Shown here: piece by piece, positions 37,231 through 47,675 of the stretch
Layout of the letters: each line of letters begins with the position of its first letter
How positions within the stretch are numbered: position 1 is the stretch's first letter
Notes under the pieces: generated by a model
Seen by the model: the letters and a program-made list of their open reading frames with translations, nothing else
Database searches by the model: none
What the model was told of the DNA's origin: nothing
Translations under genes and position numbers: made by a program
Source: Candidatus Latescibacterota bacterium
Lineage (GTDB): Bacteria; Latescibacterota; UBA2968; GCA-2709665
Assembly (NCBI GenBank): GCA_965219455.1
Contig: OZ244744.1
Location: 736,001-800,000, forward strand
Length of the DNA stretch: 64,000 bases
Reading direction: 5' to 3'

Positions 37231-38088
37231 ATGAAACTCTCCTGCACGTCCGTAATGTTACCACGCTGGGACCTGGACCTTACATTCGACAAACTGGCTG
37301 AACATGGGTACGAAGGCATCGAACTTCGCTGCCGCTACAACCCTGGAGACGATGACGAGGATCCCTCATTCTGGGGCCGTCACCTTTCCGGCGTCAACCC
37401 GGACAACATTGTTCACAAGGCCGAAGCGATCCGGGCCGCCGAAAGACGTACCGGCATACAGGTAATCGCCCTGGCCCCCAACGTCACGTTGGAAGATACC
37501 GACGTCGTGGAAAAACTGTTCCGCGGCGCCGCCACGCTGAACCCGGACAATCCGCCCATGATCCGCATCGGCGCTCCCCGGCACGACCGCACGCAGCCCT
37601 ACTGGGCACAGTTCCTCAACGCACGAGCGGGTTTCGCGAGCCTCGTTGAAACCGCGCGGCAATACAACGTCAAAATTCTCTATGAAATTCACGTGGGCAC
37701 CGTCGCCGTCACCTGTTCGCGGGCCATCGAACTGCTGCGAGACCTGGACCCGGAACGTATCGGCGCGATATACGACATACCGAACATGCTGCGCGTGGGC
37801 CTGGAAGACACCAGGATGGGCATGGAACTGCTCGGCCCTTATCTCGCCCATTGCCACATCGGCAATGGGCGACCCGTCACCACCGGCCGCGATCGCCTGG
37901 GCGCTTTGGATTGGGAATGGGACTTCGCCGACCTTCGGGAAGGCATTGCCGACATCGGCCAGATCATCCGTGACTTCAAAGACGTCGGTTACGCCGGCTA
38001 TCTCTCACTGGAAGACTTCGGGCCCGGCGACGACGATACCAAACTTGGCGAACAGGGCGAGTACTTGAGGCGGTTGCTAGACGCTTGA
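37231..38088 (+). CDS. Sugar phosphate isomerase/epimerase (xylose isomerase-like TIM barrel)
   Basis: GYEGIELR, YEIH, YDIPN, HCH, GYLSLE. Confidence 0.88.
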   Translation: MKLSCTSVMLPRWDLDLTFDKLAEHGYEGIELRCRYNPGDDDEDPSFWGRHLSGVNPDNIVHKAEAIRAAERRTGIQVIALAPNVTLEDTDVVEKLFRGAATLNPDNPPMIRIGAPRHDRTQPYWAQFLNARAGFASLVETARQYNVKILYEIHVGTVAVTCSRAIELLRDLDPERIGAIYDIPNMLRVGLEDTRMGMELLGPYLAHCHIGNGRPVTTGRDRLGALDWEWDFADLREGIADIGQIIRDFKDVGYAGYLSLEDFGPGDDDTKLGEQGEYLRRLLDA

Positions 38089-38252
38089 TCTACACCAGAC
38101 AAGACTCCGGGGCCGCTCCCCAATCTTCGCGGATATCCCGTATGACCGCACGGGTCCTGGTCCCGTTGCGGATCGGAACGGATTGATCGCGGAATACCTG
38201 CAGTGGAATTCACGCAAGGTGTTAAGCCCATCTTGTAGAGGAGCACCTGCGA

Positions 38253-39509
38253 ATGGAAAAGCGCAATTCCGATACGGACCGCATCCGGGTGGGTATCATC
38301 GGTGTCGGCAGGGGACAGAGCTTCGCCCGGGGCGCGACCGACGCCGTAGGCATGAAACTCGTGGCGCTATGTGATACCTGGAAGGAGAGACTCGAACAGG
38401 TCGGTAGAGAATACGGGGTGGCCACGTACACCGACTACGACCGTTTCCTCGAACATGAAATGGACGCGGTCATCCTGGCGAATTACAGCCATGAGCATGC
38501 ACCTTTCGCCATCAAGGCCCTTCGGGCGGAAAAACACGTGATGAGCGAAACCGCGGCGTGCAAGACACTCGCCGAAGGGGTTGCCCTGTGCCGCGCCGTG
38601 GAAGCAAGCGGCAACATCTACATGTTCGCTGAAAACTACCCTTTCTCCTCGGCAAACCAGGAGTTGCGCCGCCTCTACCGCAGCGGAGAGATCGGAAACG
38701 TCACCTACGCCGAAGGCGAATACAACCACGCCGCCGAAGAGAACTGGCGCCTGGGCATCTCTCCGGGCCTGAACCACTGGCGCAACTGGATCCCGCCCAC
38801 CTACTACTGCAGCCACGCGCTCGCGCCCCTGATGTGCGTCACGGGTACCATGCCCGTTTCCGTCAATGCGCTGTCCATTGTTGAAGAACCCACCCAATCT
38901 CCCCACCGGGTGCGCGTGGGAGATCAGGGCGGTCTGATACTGGTCCGGATGGACAACGGCGCCGTCTTTCGAATTCTGGGCTTGCAGCTCAGTTCCATCC
39001 ACCGCGTGCGCTACGAAATTCACGGCGAACGGGGTCTCATCGCCACCGCCGAGCCCAACCACTGGAGTTGCGTCCGTATTCACCATGAAGATTGGCTGCG
39101 CGACAAAGGCCAGCCAGCGGACCGCACCTACACCGCCGACTGGCCCGAACGCGGCGACCTCGCACGAAGGGCCGGCCACGGGGGCGGGGACTTCTGGACG
39201 AATTTTCACTTCGCGCGCGCCATCCGATCGGGCCGCCAGCCCTATCTGAACGTGTACCGCGGCGTCGCCATGGCCGCCGTCGGCGTGCAGGCCTGGCGCT
39301 CCTGCCTGGAGAGCGGCGCTCCCTATCCGGTTCCCGACTTCCGCAGGAAGACAGCCTGCAGACCCTACGTGGAGGACCACTGGTCGCCCTACCCAGAAGA
39401 CACCGGGCGCGGCCAGCCCCCTCCCAGCACGCGGGGTTACGTGAAACCGGGCCAGGATGCCATCCGAGGCGCCCGCGCTCGATGGCGCAGGCTCGGGTAC
39501 GACGGCTGA
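38253..39509 (+). CDS. Gfo/Idh/MocA oxidoreductase
   Basis: GIIGVGRG, HVMSE, AENY, YAEGEYNH, GHGGGD. Confidence 0.9.
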   Translation: MEKRNSDTDRIRVGIIGVGRGQSFARGATDAVGMKLVALCDTWKERLEQVGREYGVATYTDYDRFLEHEMDAVILANYSHEHAPFAIKALRAEKHVMSETAACKTLAEGVALCRAVEASGNIYMFAENYPFSSANQELRRLYRSGEIGNVTYAEGEYNHAAEENWRLGISPGLNHWRNWIPPTYYCSHALAPLMCVTGTMPVSVNALSIVEEPTQSPHRVRVGDQGGLILVRMDNGAVFRILGLQLSSIHRVRYEIHGERGLIATAEPNHWSCVRIHHEDWLRDKGQPADRTYTADWPERGDLARRAGHGGGDFWTNFHFARAIRSGRQPYLNVYRGVAMAAVGVQAWRSCLESGAPYPVPDFRRKTACRPYVEDHWSPYPEDTGRGQPPPSTRGYVKPGQDAIRGARARWRRLGYDG

Positions 39510-39743
39510 CGCGGGAATTGCTACCGCACGACGGCGATTCTTCCTGCAGCCCACCTGCCATCCGAACCGCGCATGGCTTCCGTGCGCCGGTATAAACGAC
39601 GGCGTCAATTCCCCATTCCGAGGGACCGTTCAGGCTGCCTGGAATGGGCTTGACTTGCTCAGAATTCGAACATAGGTTGTGGTACTCGAACAGTACGTAA
39701 ACGCCTGCCCACCCGAATTCTCTCATCTGCTGCCCTATCCGAA

Positions 39744-40760
39744 ATGTCCAGCCGGAATCTAGACGTCGTTATCACGGACTTCATCTCCAATCCCGATCTC
39801 GAAAGGGAAATCCTCTACGACGTCGCCGGTGTCCGGGTTCTGAATGCAACCACGGAAGCCGAACTCGCCGGCAGAATCGAAGACGCCGACGCCATCATTG
39901 CGTATCACTATATCGCGGTTTCCGGAAGCACCCTCAGACGCCTGCGGCGGTGTAAGGTCATCGCCCGGGGCGGCGTCGGATTCGACAATGTTGACGTCGC
40001 CTGCGCCCGAGAACTGGGCATTCCGGTTTGCAACGTGCCCGACTACGGAACCGAAGACGTGGCCGATGCGGCCGTCGGCATGGCGGTTTCAATGATCCGG
40101 GGCGTCGCGTTTCTCAACTCCCGTCTGCGCGCTTCCCTGGGACCCTGGTCCCCCTCCCAGGCGGCGCCTCTGCAACGCATCCGTGGCAGCGTATTCGGAA
40201 TCGTCGGCCTGGGACGGATCGGCACCGCCGCCGCACTGCGCGCGAAGGCGTTGGGCATGGATGTGTGTTTTTACGACCCCTACAAGCCGGACGGATACGC
40301 CAAGGCCCTGGGCATACGACGCGTGGAAACCCTGGAGGAAACCCTTGGCCAGGCCTTCACGCTCAGCATCCACTGCCCGCTTACCGACGAAACCCGCCAC
40401 ATAATCAACGCCGAAGCCATCGCTCTGATGCCAGAAGGCGCATACCTTGTGAATACCGCCCGCGGCGCCATCGTTGATACGTCGGCGATCCCGGACGCTG
40501 TTGCATCCGGCCGTCTGGCGGGCGCGGGAATCGACGTATTCGAATGGGAACAACCCGAAGAAGACGATCCGCTCATCGAGGCCTGGCGCAACCCCGGCCA
40601 CCCCGCGCACCATCGCGTGCTTATCACGCCCCATTCGGCCTTTTACTCGGAGCAGAGCCTGACGGATCTGCGCGTCAAGACCGCCGAAACCTGCAGACGG
40701 GCTCTGCTCGGTCAGCCGCTTAGAAATATCGTCAACCCCCCGACCATCACGCGACCATAG
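39744..40760 (+). CDS. D-2-hydroxyacid dehydrogenase (CtBP-like)
   Basis: GVGFDNVD, NVPDYGTEDVAD, GLGRIG, NTARG, TPHSAFYS. Confidence 0.93.
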   Translation: MSSRNLDVVITDFISNPDLEREILYDVAGVRVLNATTEAELAGRIEDADAIIAYHYIAVSGSTLRRLRRCKVIARGGVGFDNVDVACARELGIPVCNVPDYGTEDVADAAVGMAVSMIRGVAFLNSRLRASLGPWSPSQAAPLQRIRGSVFGIVGLGRIGTAAALRAKALGMDVCFYDPYKPDGYAKALGIRRVETLEETLGQAFTLSIHCPLTDETRHIINAEAIALMPEGAYLVNTARGAIVDTSAIPDAVASGRLAGAGIDVFEWEQPEEDDPLIEAWRNPGHPAHHRVLITPHSAFYSEQSLTDLRVKTAETCRRALLGQPLRNIVNPPTITRP

Positions 40761-40822
40761 CCGTTTGGTCGTCGAAGGTCCAAGCGGCGAGGACGTGAAG
40801 GCGGCAGGGACCCAACGTCACC

Positions 40823-42343
40823 ATGCAATCTGATCAGAACATCCTCCTGCTCACGGACGGCCCGGGCGGCACCATAGGGGCCGATCTGGACATTCTTTAT
40901 CCGGACAGGGTCAAACGCCTGGACTTCGTGAATGACGGACACGACGCAGGCGTTCTCGGTCAGCATGAATTCGTAATCACCGTGGTGAATGACGGACGCA
41001 ACCTGCGGATGCTGGACTACAACGCCGTCACCGCATTCGCGGAATCCGGGGGGCAGGTCATCTCCTGCCTCTTCGAGTACGCGCGCAGCCGCGGCCTGCA
41101 TTTCAGCAAAACCCACGTGCACGACCGCATCCGTCCCGGGATGCGAATCGAGGTTGAAAGCGACGCGACCCGGGGCTATTCGGTCGGCGATACCGTCTGG
41201 TGGTACGGAACCGTCACCAGCGCCCCGGATCAGAGCTATGCCAACCAGATGTTCCAGCGTCAGATCCTGGGCATGGAAACCTCCCCGGACGTCGCCGTTC
41301 TGGGCATATCCAACCTGAACAGCGGCGCCGTCATGCTGGAAGAAAGCGTTGGCGACGGCCGCATTGTGGCCATGGACCTCGCGTCGCCGGTGCGCCCATG
41401 GTACAATTCCTGGGGGAGCACGAACAAGTATCTTTTCCTGGGCAACGTCGTCAACAACGCCGTTCGTTACGGCAGACACTATCCGGAACGCCTTTCCTAC
41501 GATGGATTTGTCAACCTGATGTTCGACACCGTGGAACGGTACCCCGACCTCCACCTGGAGGATGAAGGTCGCTCCAGCGACGGCAGGCCGATCTATTCCC
41601 TGAACGTCGGCGATGAATCCAACCCCACAATGTTTTTCGGCGCCGCCATACACGGCTGGGAATGGGAGAACTCCTACGGCCTTCTGCGCCTTGCGGAAGT
41701 TCTGTGTGAGAATCCGAACGTGGAAGGGTTGAACACCAACGAACTGCATTTCAAGATGCTGCCGGTGCAGAACCCGGGCGGATTCGATCGCTTCACCCGC
41801 CAGAACTCCCGGGGTGTCGACCTGAACCGCAATTTCGACTGCAACTGGGACGCCTTCCACTATGCGCAGGACGTGCGGACGCCCTGGGACTACAATTACA
41901 TGGGTACGGAACCCGCATCCGAGAGGGAGACCCGGATCATCCAGCGCCTCATCGACCGATGCCGGCCGCTCTGCGTGATCGACTTCCATACGGCCGACTA
42001 CATTATGATGCTGCCCCACAAGGGAGACGGGGAGCTGCTTGCAGCCATTCATGCGGACATCCGAGATCGCCTGAAAAACCGTTACCTGACTCAGAAGCCG
42101 TACGCCGGCGCGTACCAGCAGGTCAACATGGATCGCATCACCGATTTCCGTCCGCCCGAACCCTATTGCATCTCCTATGCGGCCGAACGCGGCACGCCCG
42201 CCGCCTTCCTCATCGAAATGTCCGGTAATCGCGACGACGTGCACGCCCTCGTCATGAACACGGACACGGTCGTCGAAGTCTGCCTCGCGGCCGTCAAGCA
42301 GTGCCTGCGAACCAGAATCTCGCGGCCCGGACACGAACGTTAA
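40823..42343 (+). CDS. M14 family zinc carboxypeptidase with an N-terminal extension
   Basis: IHGWE, NPGG, RQNSRGVDLNRNF, SERET, IDFH, LIEM. Confidence 0.85.
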   Translation: MQSDQNILLLTDGPGGTIGADLDILYPDRVKRLDFVNDGHDAGVLGQHEFVITVVNDGRNLRMLDYNAVTAFAESGGQVISCLFEYARSRGLHFSKTHVHDRIRPGMRIEVESDATRGYSVGDTVWWYGTVTSAPDQSYANQMFQRQILGMETSPDVAVLGISNLNSGAVMLEESVGDGRIVAMDLASPVRPWYNSWGSTNKYLFLGNVVNNAVRYGRHYPERLSYDGFVNLMFDTVERYPDLHLEDEGRSSDGRPIYSLNVGDESNPTMFFGAAIHGWEWENSYGLLRLAEVLCENPNVEGLNTNELHFKMLPVQNPGGFDRFTRQNSRGVDLNRNFDCNWDAFHYAQDVRTPWDYNYMGTEPASERETRIIQRLIDRCRPLCVIDFHTADYIMMLPHKGDGELLAAIHADIRDRLKNRYLTQKPYAGAYQQVNMDRITDFRPPEPYCISYAAERGTPAAFLIEMSGNRDDVHALVMNTDTVVEVCLAAVKQCLRTRISRPGHER

Positions 42344-42426
42344 CGGCCGATTGTAAACCCGGAACCATCAGCAGGCTCCTTTCCGTGCGGTAAAAAGGGG
42401 CCGAGACGTTTCAAAGGAGGCCCACC

Positions 42427-43431
42427 GTGAAAATCACCGACATCGACCTCTTCGAAGTCGAGATCCCGCCCATTCCGCCCATTGCCAGATACCATCCCAA
42501 AATCTATTCAATCACACTTTGTCGCGTCCATACCGACGGCGGCATCGAGGGCATCGGCGAATGCCAGGGCGAGCCGGCCCTATTCGCGGAAAGAGCCGCC
42601 GCGCTCACCGGACAGGACCCTCTCTCCCTGGATCCGTTTGCACAGCCCGACCCCTTCGCCTGCGCGCTCCTGGACATCGCCGGACAGGCCTACGGTATTC
42701 CTCTCTACCGCTTTTTCGGAGAGAAAGTCCGCAACCGCATCCCCGTCTCCTACTGGTCCTGCGCCATGCAACCCGAGGAGACGGCGGCCGAAGCCGAGGT
42801 CGGTGCAAGAATGGGCTTCACCAACCACAAACTCAAGGCGCGCCCCTGGAACATCGTGGAAACCGTCCGCCTCATTAAGGAAGCCGCGGGGCCCGAATAC
42901 ACCGTCGGCGTAGATCCCAATACCGCGTTTCAGCGCCCCGGCGTCGCCGCACGTCTTGCGGGAGAACTTGAACCGTTCGGTACGGTCGCCAACTTCGAAG
43001 ATCCCGTACTCAAGAATAACCTGGACTGGTATCGCCTCCTGCGCGAAAAAACCCATATTCCCATCGCGTTACACCTTGGCGCGCCGGGAGACGTGCTGAA
43101 AGCGCTGAAGGCCGAATGCATCGACTACGTCAACCTGGGGGGGCCGGCTCAGCAGGTGAAGAAAGCCGCCGTCCTCGCGGAGGCCGACGACGTCCCCTGC
43201 TGGGTGCAGATGGGCGGCCTGTGCCTGGGCGTCCTCGCCGCCTATTCGGTGCACGTCCAGGCAACCGTTCCCAATGCCACCCTGCCATGCGACGAACTAC
43301 CGTTCACCCGCGTGGCCGACGTTGTGAACGGCGCCCTGGTCGTAGAGGACGGACACTTCATTCTGCCCGAAACGCCCGGCCTCGGCGTGAAGCTGGATAT
43401 GGCGACGGTAAACAAGTACCGCACCGGCTAG
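42427..43431 (+). CDS. Mandelate racemase/muconate lactonizing enzyme family
   Basis: GIGE, HKLK, VDPN, FEDP, PGLGV. Confidence 0.88.
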   Translation: MKITDIDLFEVEIPPIPPIARYHPKIYSITLCRVHTDGGIEGIGECQGEPALFAERAAALTGQDPLSLDPFAQPDPFACALLDIAGQAYGIPLYRFFGEKVRNRIPVSYWSCAMQPEETAAEAEVGARMGFTNHKLKARPWNIVETVRLIKEAAGPEYTVGVDPNTAFQRPGVAARLAGELEPFGTVANFEDPVLKNNLDWYRLLREKTHIPIALHLGAPGDVLKALKAECIDYVNLGGPAQQVKKAAVLAEADDVPCWVQMGGLCLGVLAAYSVHVQATVPNATLPCDELPFTRVADVVNGALVVEDGHFILPETPGLGVKLDMATVNKYRTG

Positions 43432-43515
43432 TGTTCCGTCCCGGAAATTTCTCACCCTTCGGCTATCTATTTCCACGACAGAACGCCATTCGTCAACCGC
43501 AATCGGAGGAAAACC

Positions 43516-43854
43516 ATGCTCCAACTCGCACAAACCGTCCTGGCGCTGTACGGCCTCCTGCTGATCGCGGGCGGCATCATGGGCAAGTTCAAATCGGATA
43601 GCTCAGTTTCGCTTTTCGCGGGCGGCATCAGCGGCCTGGTCGCGCTCTACGCTTACTGGACCGGAAGGACCGATCCCGCGACGGGGTTGCTCATCGGCCT
43701 GATGCTCTCCCTGCTCCTTACCGGGATTTCGTTGAGTCGATTCATCAGGACCCGAAAGCTGATGCCGGCGGGATTGTTGCTTATCGCCAGCATCCTGACG
43801 GCCGCGCTTGTGTCATATTCGCGAAATCAGCTCGCCGGGACCGTTTCCGTCTGA
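43516..43854 (+). CDS. TMEM14 family small membrane protein
   Basis: YGLLLIAGGIMG..S.S..SL.AG..SG and R...TRKLMPAGL. Confidence 0.85.
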   Translation: MLQLAQTVLALYGLLLIAGGIMGKFKSDSSVSLFAGGISGLVALYAYWTGRTDPATGLLIGLMLSLLLTGISLSRFIRTRKLMPAGLLLIASILTAALVSYSRNQLAGTVSV

Positions 43855-43872
43855 ACCGTGAGGACCACGACC

Positions 43873-45075
43873 ATGAAGATCACCGAAATCCAGGTCCGGG
43901 AAGTCTCGGTTCCACGCATCTACACGACACATGCCGCGGATCCGCAGGGCCTCCAGCCCGGGGAAGACCTCAGCCGATCCAGATATCAGATCCTCGAATT
44001 CTTCACGGACACGAACCACGTCGGATTGGGCGAAGTCCCGGACATCGCGGACAGGATGAATCCCCTCCGGGCCAACGACCTGCGCGATCTCCTTTTGCGT
44101 GTGTTGAAAGACGGTGATGTCGCCAACAGAAACGCCCTTCTCGCCCGCGTCGCCGCGGAACTGCCGGCCGGCATTCACCCGGAACTCCGGGGTCTCACCC
44201 TGTTCGGCGTAGAGATCGCTCTTCTGGACCTTGCCGGAAAACACTACTGCGCCCCCCTTTATGAACTCCTGGGCGGGCGCCGTCGCGAACGGGTTGACGT
44301 CTGCTGGGTGGCCTATATGCGACGAGCCGTCTCGCGGGACGAAGAGCTCAACGCGCTTGAAGATGAAATCAGCACCAAGGTCTCCCAGGGACTTCGGGCC
44401 TTCAAGCTCAAGGTCGGAGAGGATCATTCACGCGATCTGGACCGCATCGCGCGAATCCGGCAGGTGGCTGGACCCGAGGTCTATCTCAGAGTCGACGCCA
44501 GCGGCGCGTGGGAGGAGGACGAGGCCATTGAAAAAATCCGGGACATGGCCGCCGCAGGCGTCGACGCCTGCGAGACGCCGGTGGTCGCCGTAAACCGCGC
44601 CGTTGCCAACGACAATCCCGAACGAATCAACGAAAATGCCGATGAAGCGGCCTGCTCGCTCGCCCGCGTTCGTAAACAGACTCCCATCCGGATTATCGAA
44701 CACGTGGCCGATCTCAACGATGGCTTCTCAACGGCTCTCGTACGCCACCGGGCGGTTGACGTCTTCAACGTCATCCCCTCCCAGGCCGGCGGCATCCTGC
44801 GCAGTCAACGCCTGATCCATGTCGCGCAGACAGCCGGAATCCCCGTGCTATTGGGCAGCACCGTGGAGATGGGCCCGGGCACCGCCGCTTTTGTCCACCT
44901 CGCCGTGGCTTCACGGAACGTCACCGTCCCCTCCGACCTGGTTGGCCCGGGCCTTCTGGTGGACGATATCTGCACAACACCGTTCAGGTACCGGAACGGC
45001 GCGCTCGAACCCTTCGAGGGACCCGGCCTGGGTGTTGAATTGGACGAAGAGAAGATGAATCAGTGGGCGGTCTGA
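43873..45075 (+). CDS. Mandelate racemase/muconate lactonizing enzyme family
   Basis: GLGE, EIALLDLAGK, FKLKVG, RVDAS, CETP, GPGLGVELD. Confidence 0.88.
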   Translation: MKITEIQVREVSVPRIYTTHAADPQGLQPGEDLSRSRYQILEFFTDTNHVGLGEVPDIADRMNPLRANDLRDLLLRVLKDGDVANRNALLARVAAELPAGIHPELRGLTLFGVEIALLDLAGKHYCAPLYELLGGRRRERVDVCWVAYMRRAVSRDEELNALEDEISTKVSQGLRAFKLKVGEDHSRDLDRIARIRQVAGPEVYLRVDASGAWEEDEAIEKIRDMAAAGVDACETPVVAVNRAVANDNPERINENADEAACSLARVRKQTPIRIIEHVADLNDGFSTALVRHRAVDVFNVIPSQAGGILRSQRLIHVAQTAGIPVLLGSTVEMGPGTAAFVHLAVASRNVTVPSDLVGPGLLVDDICTTPFRYRNGALEPFEGPGLGVELDEEKMNQWAV

Positions 45076-45090
45076 TACCACACGCTGCAT

Positions 45091-45495
45091 TCATGAGGAT
45101 GCAGATTCCCGGACGCCGAAACCCAACCCCTCGTCTTCACAGAACTTTCTCAATTTACGTATCGCGCCGCCCACCTGCCGCCCCCCGCGCGTAATGCCGA
45201 ACAGGTGCTGGCTGACCACGCGCCGGGAGATCCCCATAATCCCGGCAATTTCCCGCTGCGTCTTGCCGTGGCAGAAGTACAGCAACGTCGCCTCTCTCTG
45301 TTTCTCCGTCAGGCAACCCGGTACCGCCTCGAGAATCCGGAATGTCACTTCCGCAACCCGGTCCTCCCACGCGTACCGCAGACGTCGATCATCGCCCGAC
45401 TCAAACCAGAGACCGTCCTCGCCAGACATCTTTTCCAGTTCGCACTGATTCAGCCGTACTTCCCAGAAATCGGAATTGTACATTAACTCAATCAT
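45091..45495 (-). CDS. Sigma-70 region 4-type HTH protein
   Basis: LTEKQREA..LYF..GKTQREIAGIMGISRRVVSQHL; GGAGGA RBS before ATG 45495. Confidence 0.8.
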   Translation of the reverse strand: MIELMYNSDFWEVRLNQCELEKMSGEDGLWFESGDDRRLRYAWEDRVAEVTFRILEAVPGCLTEKQREATLLYFCHGKTQREIAGIMGISRRVVSQHLFGITRGGRQVGGAIRKLRKFCEDEGLGFGVRESASS

Positions 45496-45533
45496 ATCCT
45501 CCGTGTGACGATGAGCCACACCTGTGGGTACAC

Positions 45534-45566
45534 AAAAAGCCGCGGGGACAAACCCTACCCGCGGCT
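45534..45566 (-). terminator. Terminator-like hairpin just upstream of the HTH gene
   Basis: Minus strand AGCCGCGGG-N-CCCGCGGCT followed by TTTT. Confidence 0.6.
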
Positions 45567-45782
45567 CCGGAGGGGCAATCGAGTTACAAACAAAACGGCT
45601 GTGAAACCGTCAGAAACGCTCAGGAGGCGGATAGGTTACGTGGAAGATTGCGGTCAGCCTCATTTTTCGCCTCCCTTCTGCAAATACAAAGAAGGGTGAA
45701 AACTTCACGCGCCATCCGGCGCAATCAATACAATTAAATCGGGCGCTTGCATTATACACATTTGCGGATGCACTTTTCGATG

Positions 45783-47117
45783 CTAATCGTCGTCCTTTGC
45801 GCTTTCCAATTGCGACTTTCGCCTTCTCAACGATTCCCACCAGTCCATCAGTTCCCGGATCCGCTGCTCGTATCCCCGATCGGAGGGACGATAATAGGCC
45901 CGGCCCTCCAGATTTTCCGGCAAATGGCTCTGCGCCGCGAACCCGTCGGGATCGTCGTGTGCGTAACGATATCCCCGTCCGTATCCCAATTCCTGCATCA
46001 GGCCCGTTGGCGCATTTCTGAGGTGCATCGGCACGGGCAGATTCGGCTGTTCCACGACATCCTTCCGTGCTTCACCGTAGGCCTCGTACACCGAATTGCT
46101 CTTGGCTGCAGTGGCCAGGTAGACGGCTGCGTGCGCAATGGCCAGGTCGCCCTCGGGGCTGCCCAGAAAATCGTACGCGTCCTTTGCGGCCAGCGCAATC
46201 GAAAGCGCCCTGGGGTCCGCGTTCCCAATATCCTCCGACGCGAACCGGACCATCCGCCGCAGGATATAGTGCGGGTGTTCGCCCGATTCCATCATACGCA
46301 CCAGCCAGTATAGCGACGCATGCGGATCGCTGTCCCTCAGGCTCTTGTGAAGCGCCGAAATCAGATTATAGTGTTCCTCGCCGCTCTTGTCGTACAGAAA
46401 CGCCTTGCCGCCCATCGCCGCCTTGACAGACTCCGCTGTCAACCGTTCGCCCGTCCCCACCGATGCCGAGGCCATTTCCAGCACGTTCAGGGCGCGGCGG
46501 GCGTCCCCCTCGGCCGCGGTCGCAATGACCTCAAGGGCATCCTCGTCGGCGGTCGCCTCCGGCAGCCCGCGCCCGTCGCCGGCAAGCGCGGTATTCAGAA
46601 TTTCGCATATTGCCGGGACGTCCAGCAGATTCAATACAAATACCTGCGTCCGCGAAAGCAACGCCGCGTTCACCTCAAATGAGGGATTTTCGGTCGTGGC
46701 CCCGATCAGATTAATGGTGCCGTCTTCGACATGCGGTAGAAATGCATCCTGTTGCGCCCGGTTGAAGCGGTGAATCTCGTCGATGAACAGGGTGGTCCGC
46801 CTCCCCAGCCGGCGTTCCCCTTTTGCGCGCGCGACGACCTCCCTCACCTCCTTTACACCGGAGGTGACTGCGCTGAACGCTACAAACCGACTCTCCGTGG
46901 ACTCGGCCACGAGACGCGCCAGCGTGGTCTTACCCGATCCGGGCGGTCCCCAGAAGATCATCGAAGGCGCCCGGTCGTCTTCAATCAACTTGCGAAACGG
47001 AGCTTCCGGCGCCGTGAGGTGATCCTGCCCGCGCACCTCATCCAGGCAGCGGGGTCTCATCCGGTCTGCAAGCGGCGCCTCCGGTTCCAACGCGGCAAAC
47101 AGGTCATCCCCACCCAT
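45783..47117 (-). CDS. rarA: Replication-associated recombination protein A
   Basis: PLADRMRP, WGPPGSGKTT, DEIHRFN, ATTENPSF, ISALHKSLR, ASEDIGNADP. Confidence 0.96.
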   Translation of the reverse strand: MGGDDLFAALEPEAPLADRMRPRCLDEVRGQDHLTAPEAPFRKLIEDDRAPSMIFWGPPGSGKTTLARLVAESTESRFVAFSAVTSGVKEVREVVARAKGERRLGRRTTLFIDEIHRFNRAQQDAFLPHVEDGTINLIGATTENPSFEVNAALLSRTQVFVLNLLDVPAICEILNTALAGDGRGLPEATADEDALEVIATAAEGDARRALNVLEMASASVGTGERLTAESVKAAMGGKAFLYDKSGEEHYNLISALHKSLRDSDPHASLYWLVRMMESGEHPHYILRRMVRFASEDIGNADPRALSIALAAKDAYDFLGSPEGDLAIAHAAVYLATAAKSNSVYEAYGEARKDVVEQPNLPVPMHLRNAPTGLMQELGYGRGYRYAHDDPDGFAAQSHLPENLEGRAYYRPSDRGYEQRIRELMDWWESLRRRKSQLESAKDDD

Positions 47118-47388
47118 ACTTTCTCCTCGGCCGGGTCGACAGCGATTTCAACTTTCGCACAAGGACCCTCTCGTTTACGCGGTAAGCGAATATCTCTTCG
47201 CCGTTGACGTGCACCACCGGGACCCGCTCGTTGTATTGCGCAACCAGTTCCGGATTACCGTCGACGTCGACGATCTCAAACCGAAACGAGACACGCCGCC
47301 CGGCCGCCTCGATGCGCCTTTTCGCGATTTCACACAAATGGCAGTCGTTTCTGGAATAAAGACTGACCACGGGGAGGTTATCGGACAT
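47104..47388 (-). CDS. Glutaredoxin-like protein (DUF836-type)
   Basis: LYSRNDCHLC, VPVV. Confidence 0.85.
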   Translation of the reverse strand: MSDNLPVVSLYSRNDCHLCEIAKRRIEAAGRRVSFRFEIVDVDGNPELVAQYNERVPVVHVNGEEIFAYRVNERVLVRKLKSLSTRPRRKYGWG

Positions 47389-47675
47389 CGGAAATGACCA
47401 CGTGTTTGCCGCCTCGAAAACAGGCGGAGGAAATGGTACGATGAAGGACAGGATCCGGGAAAAAGTTAACGTGAAACCCGGCACCCGTCAAGCGGAAAGG
47501 GCACGTCGATCCCGGCCCTGATTTCTCTTGTCCCCCATCCGATAAACCATATCTTTAGGCGCCCCGACCCACCGGGGCCTTGCCACGGGAGGCTCCCCGG
47601 GAAGCCATCGACAATAGGGCGTTCCCGTTCCACGGCCGGATCTGACAGCAGTAGAGCGTATCGGAGAACCCTGAA

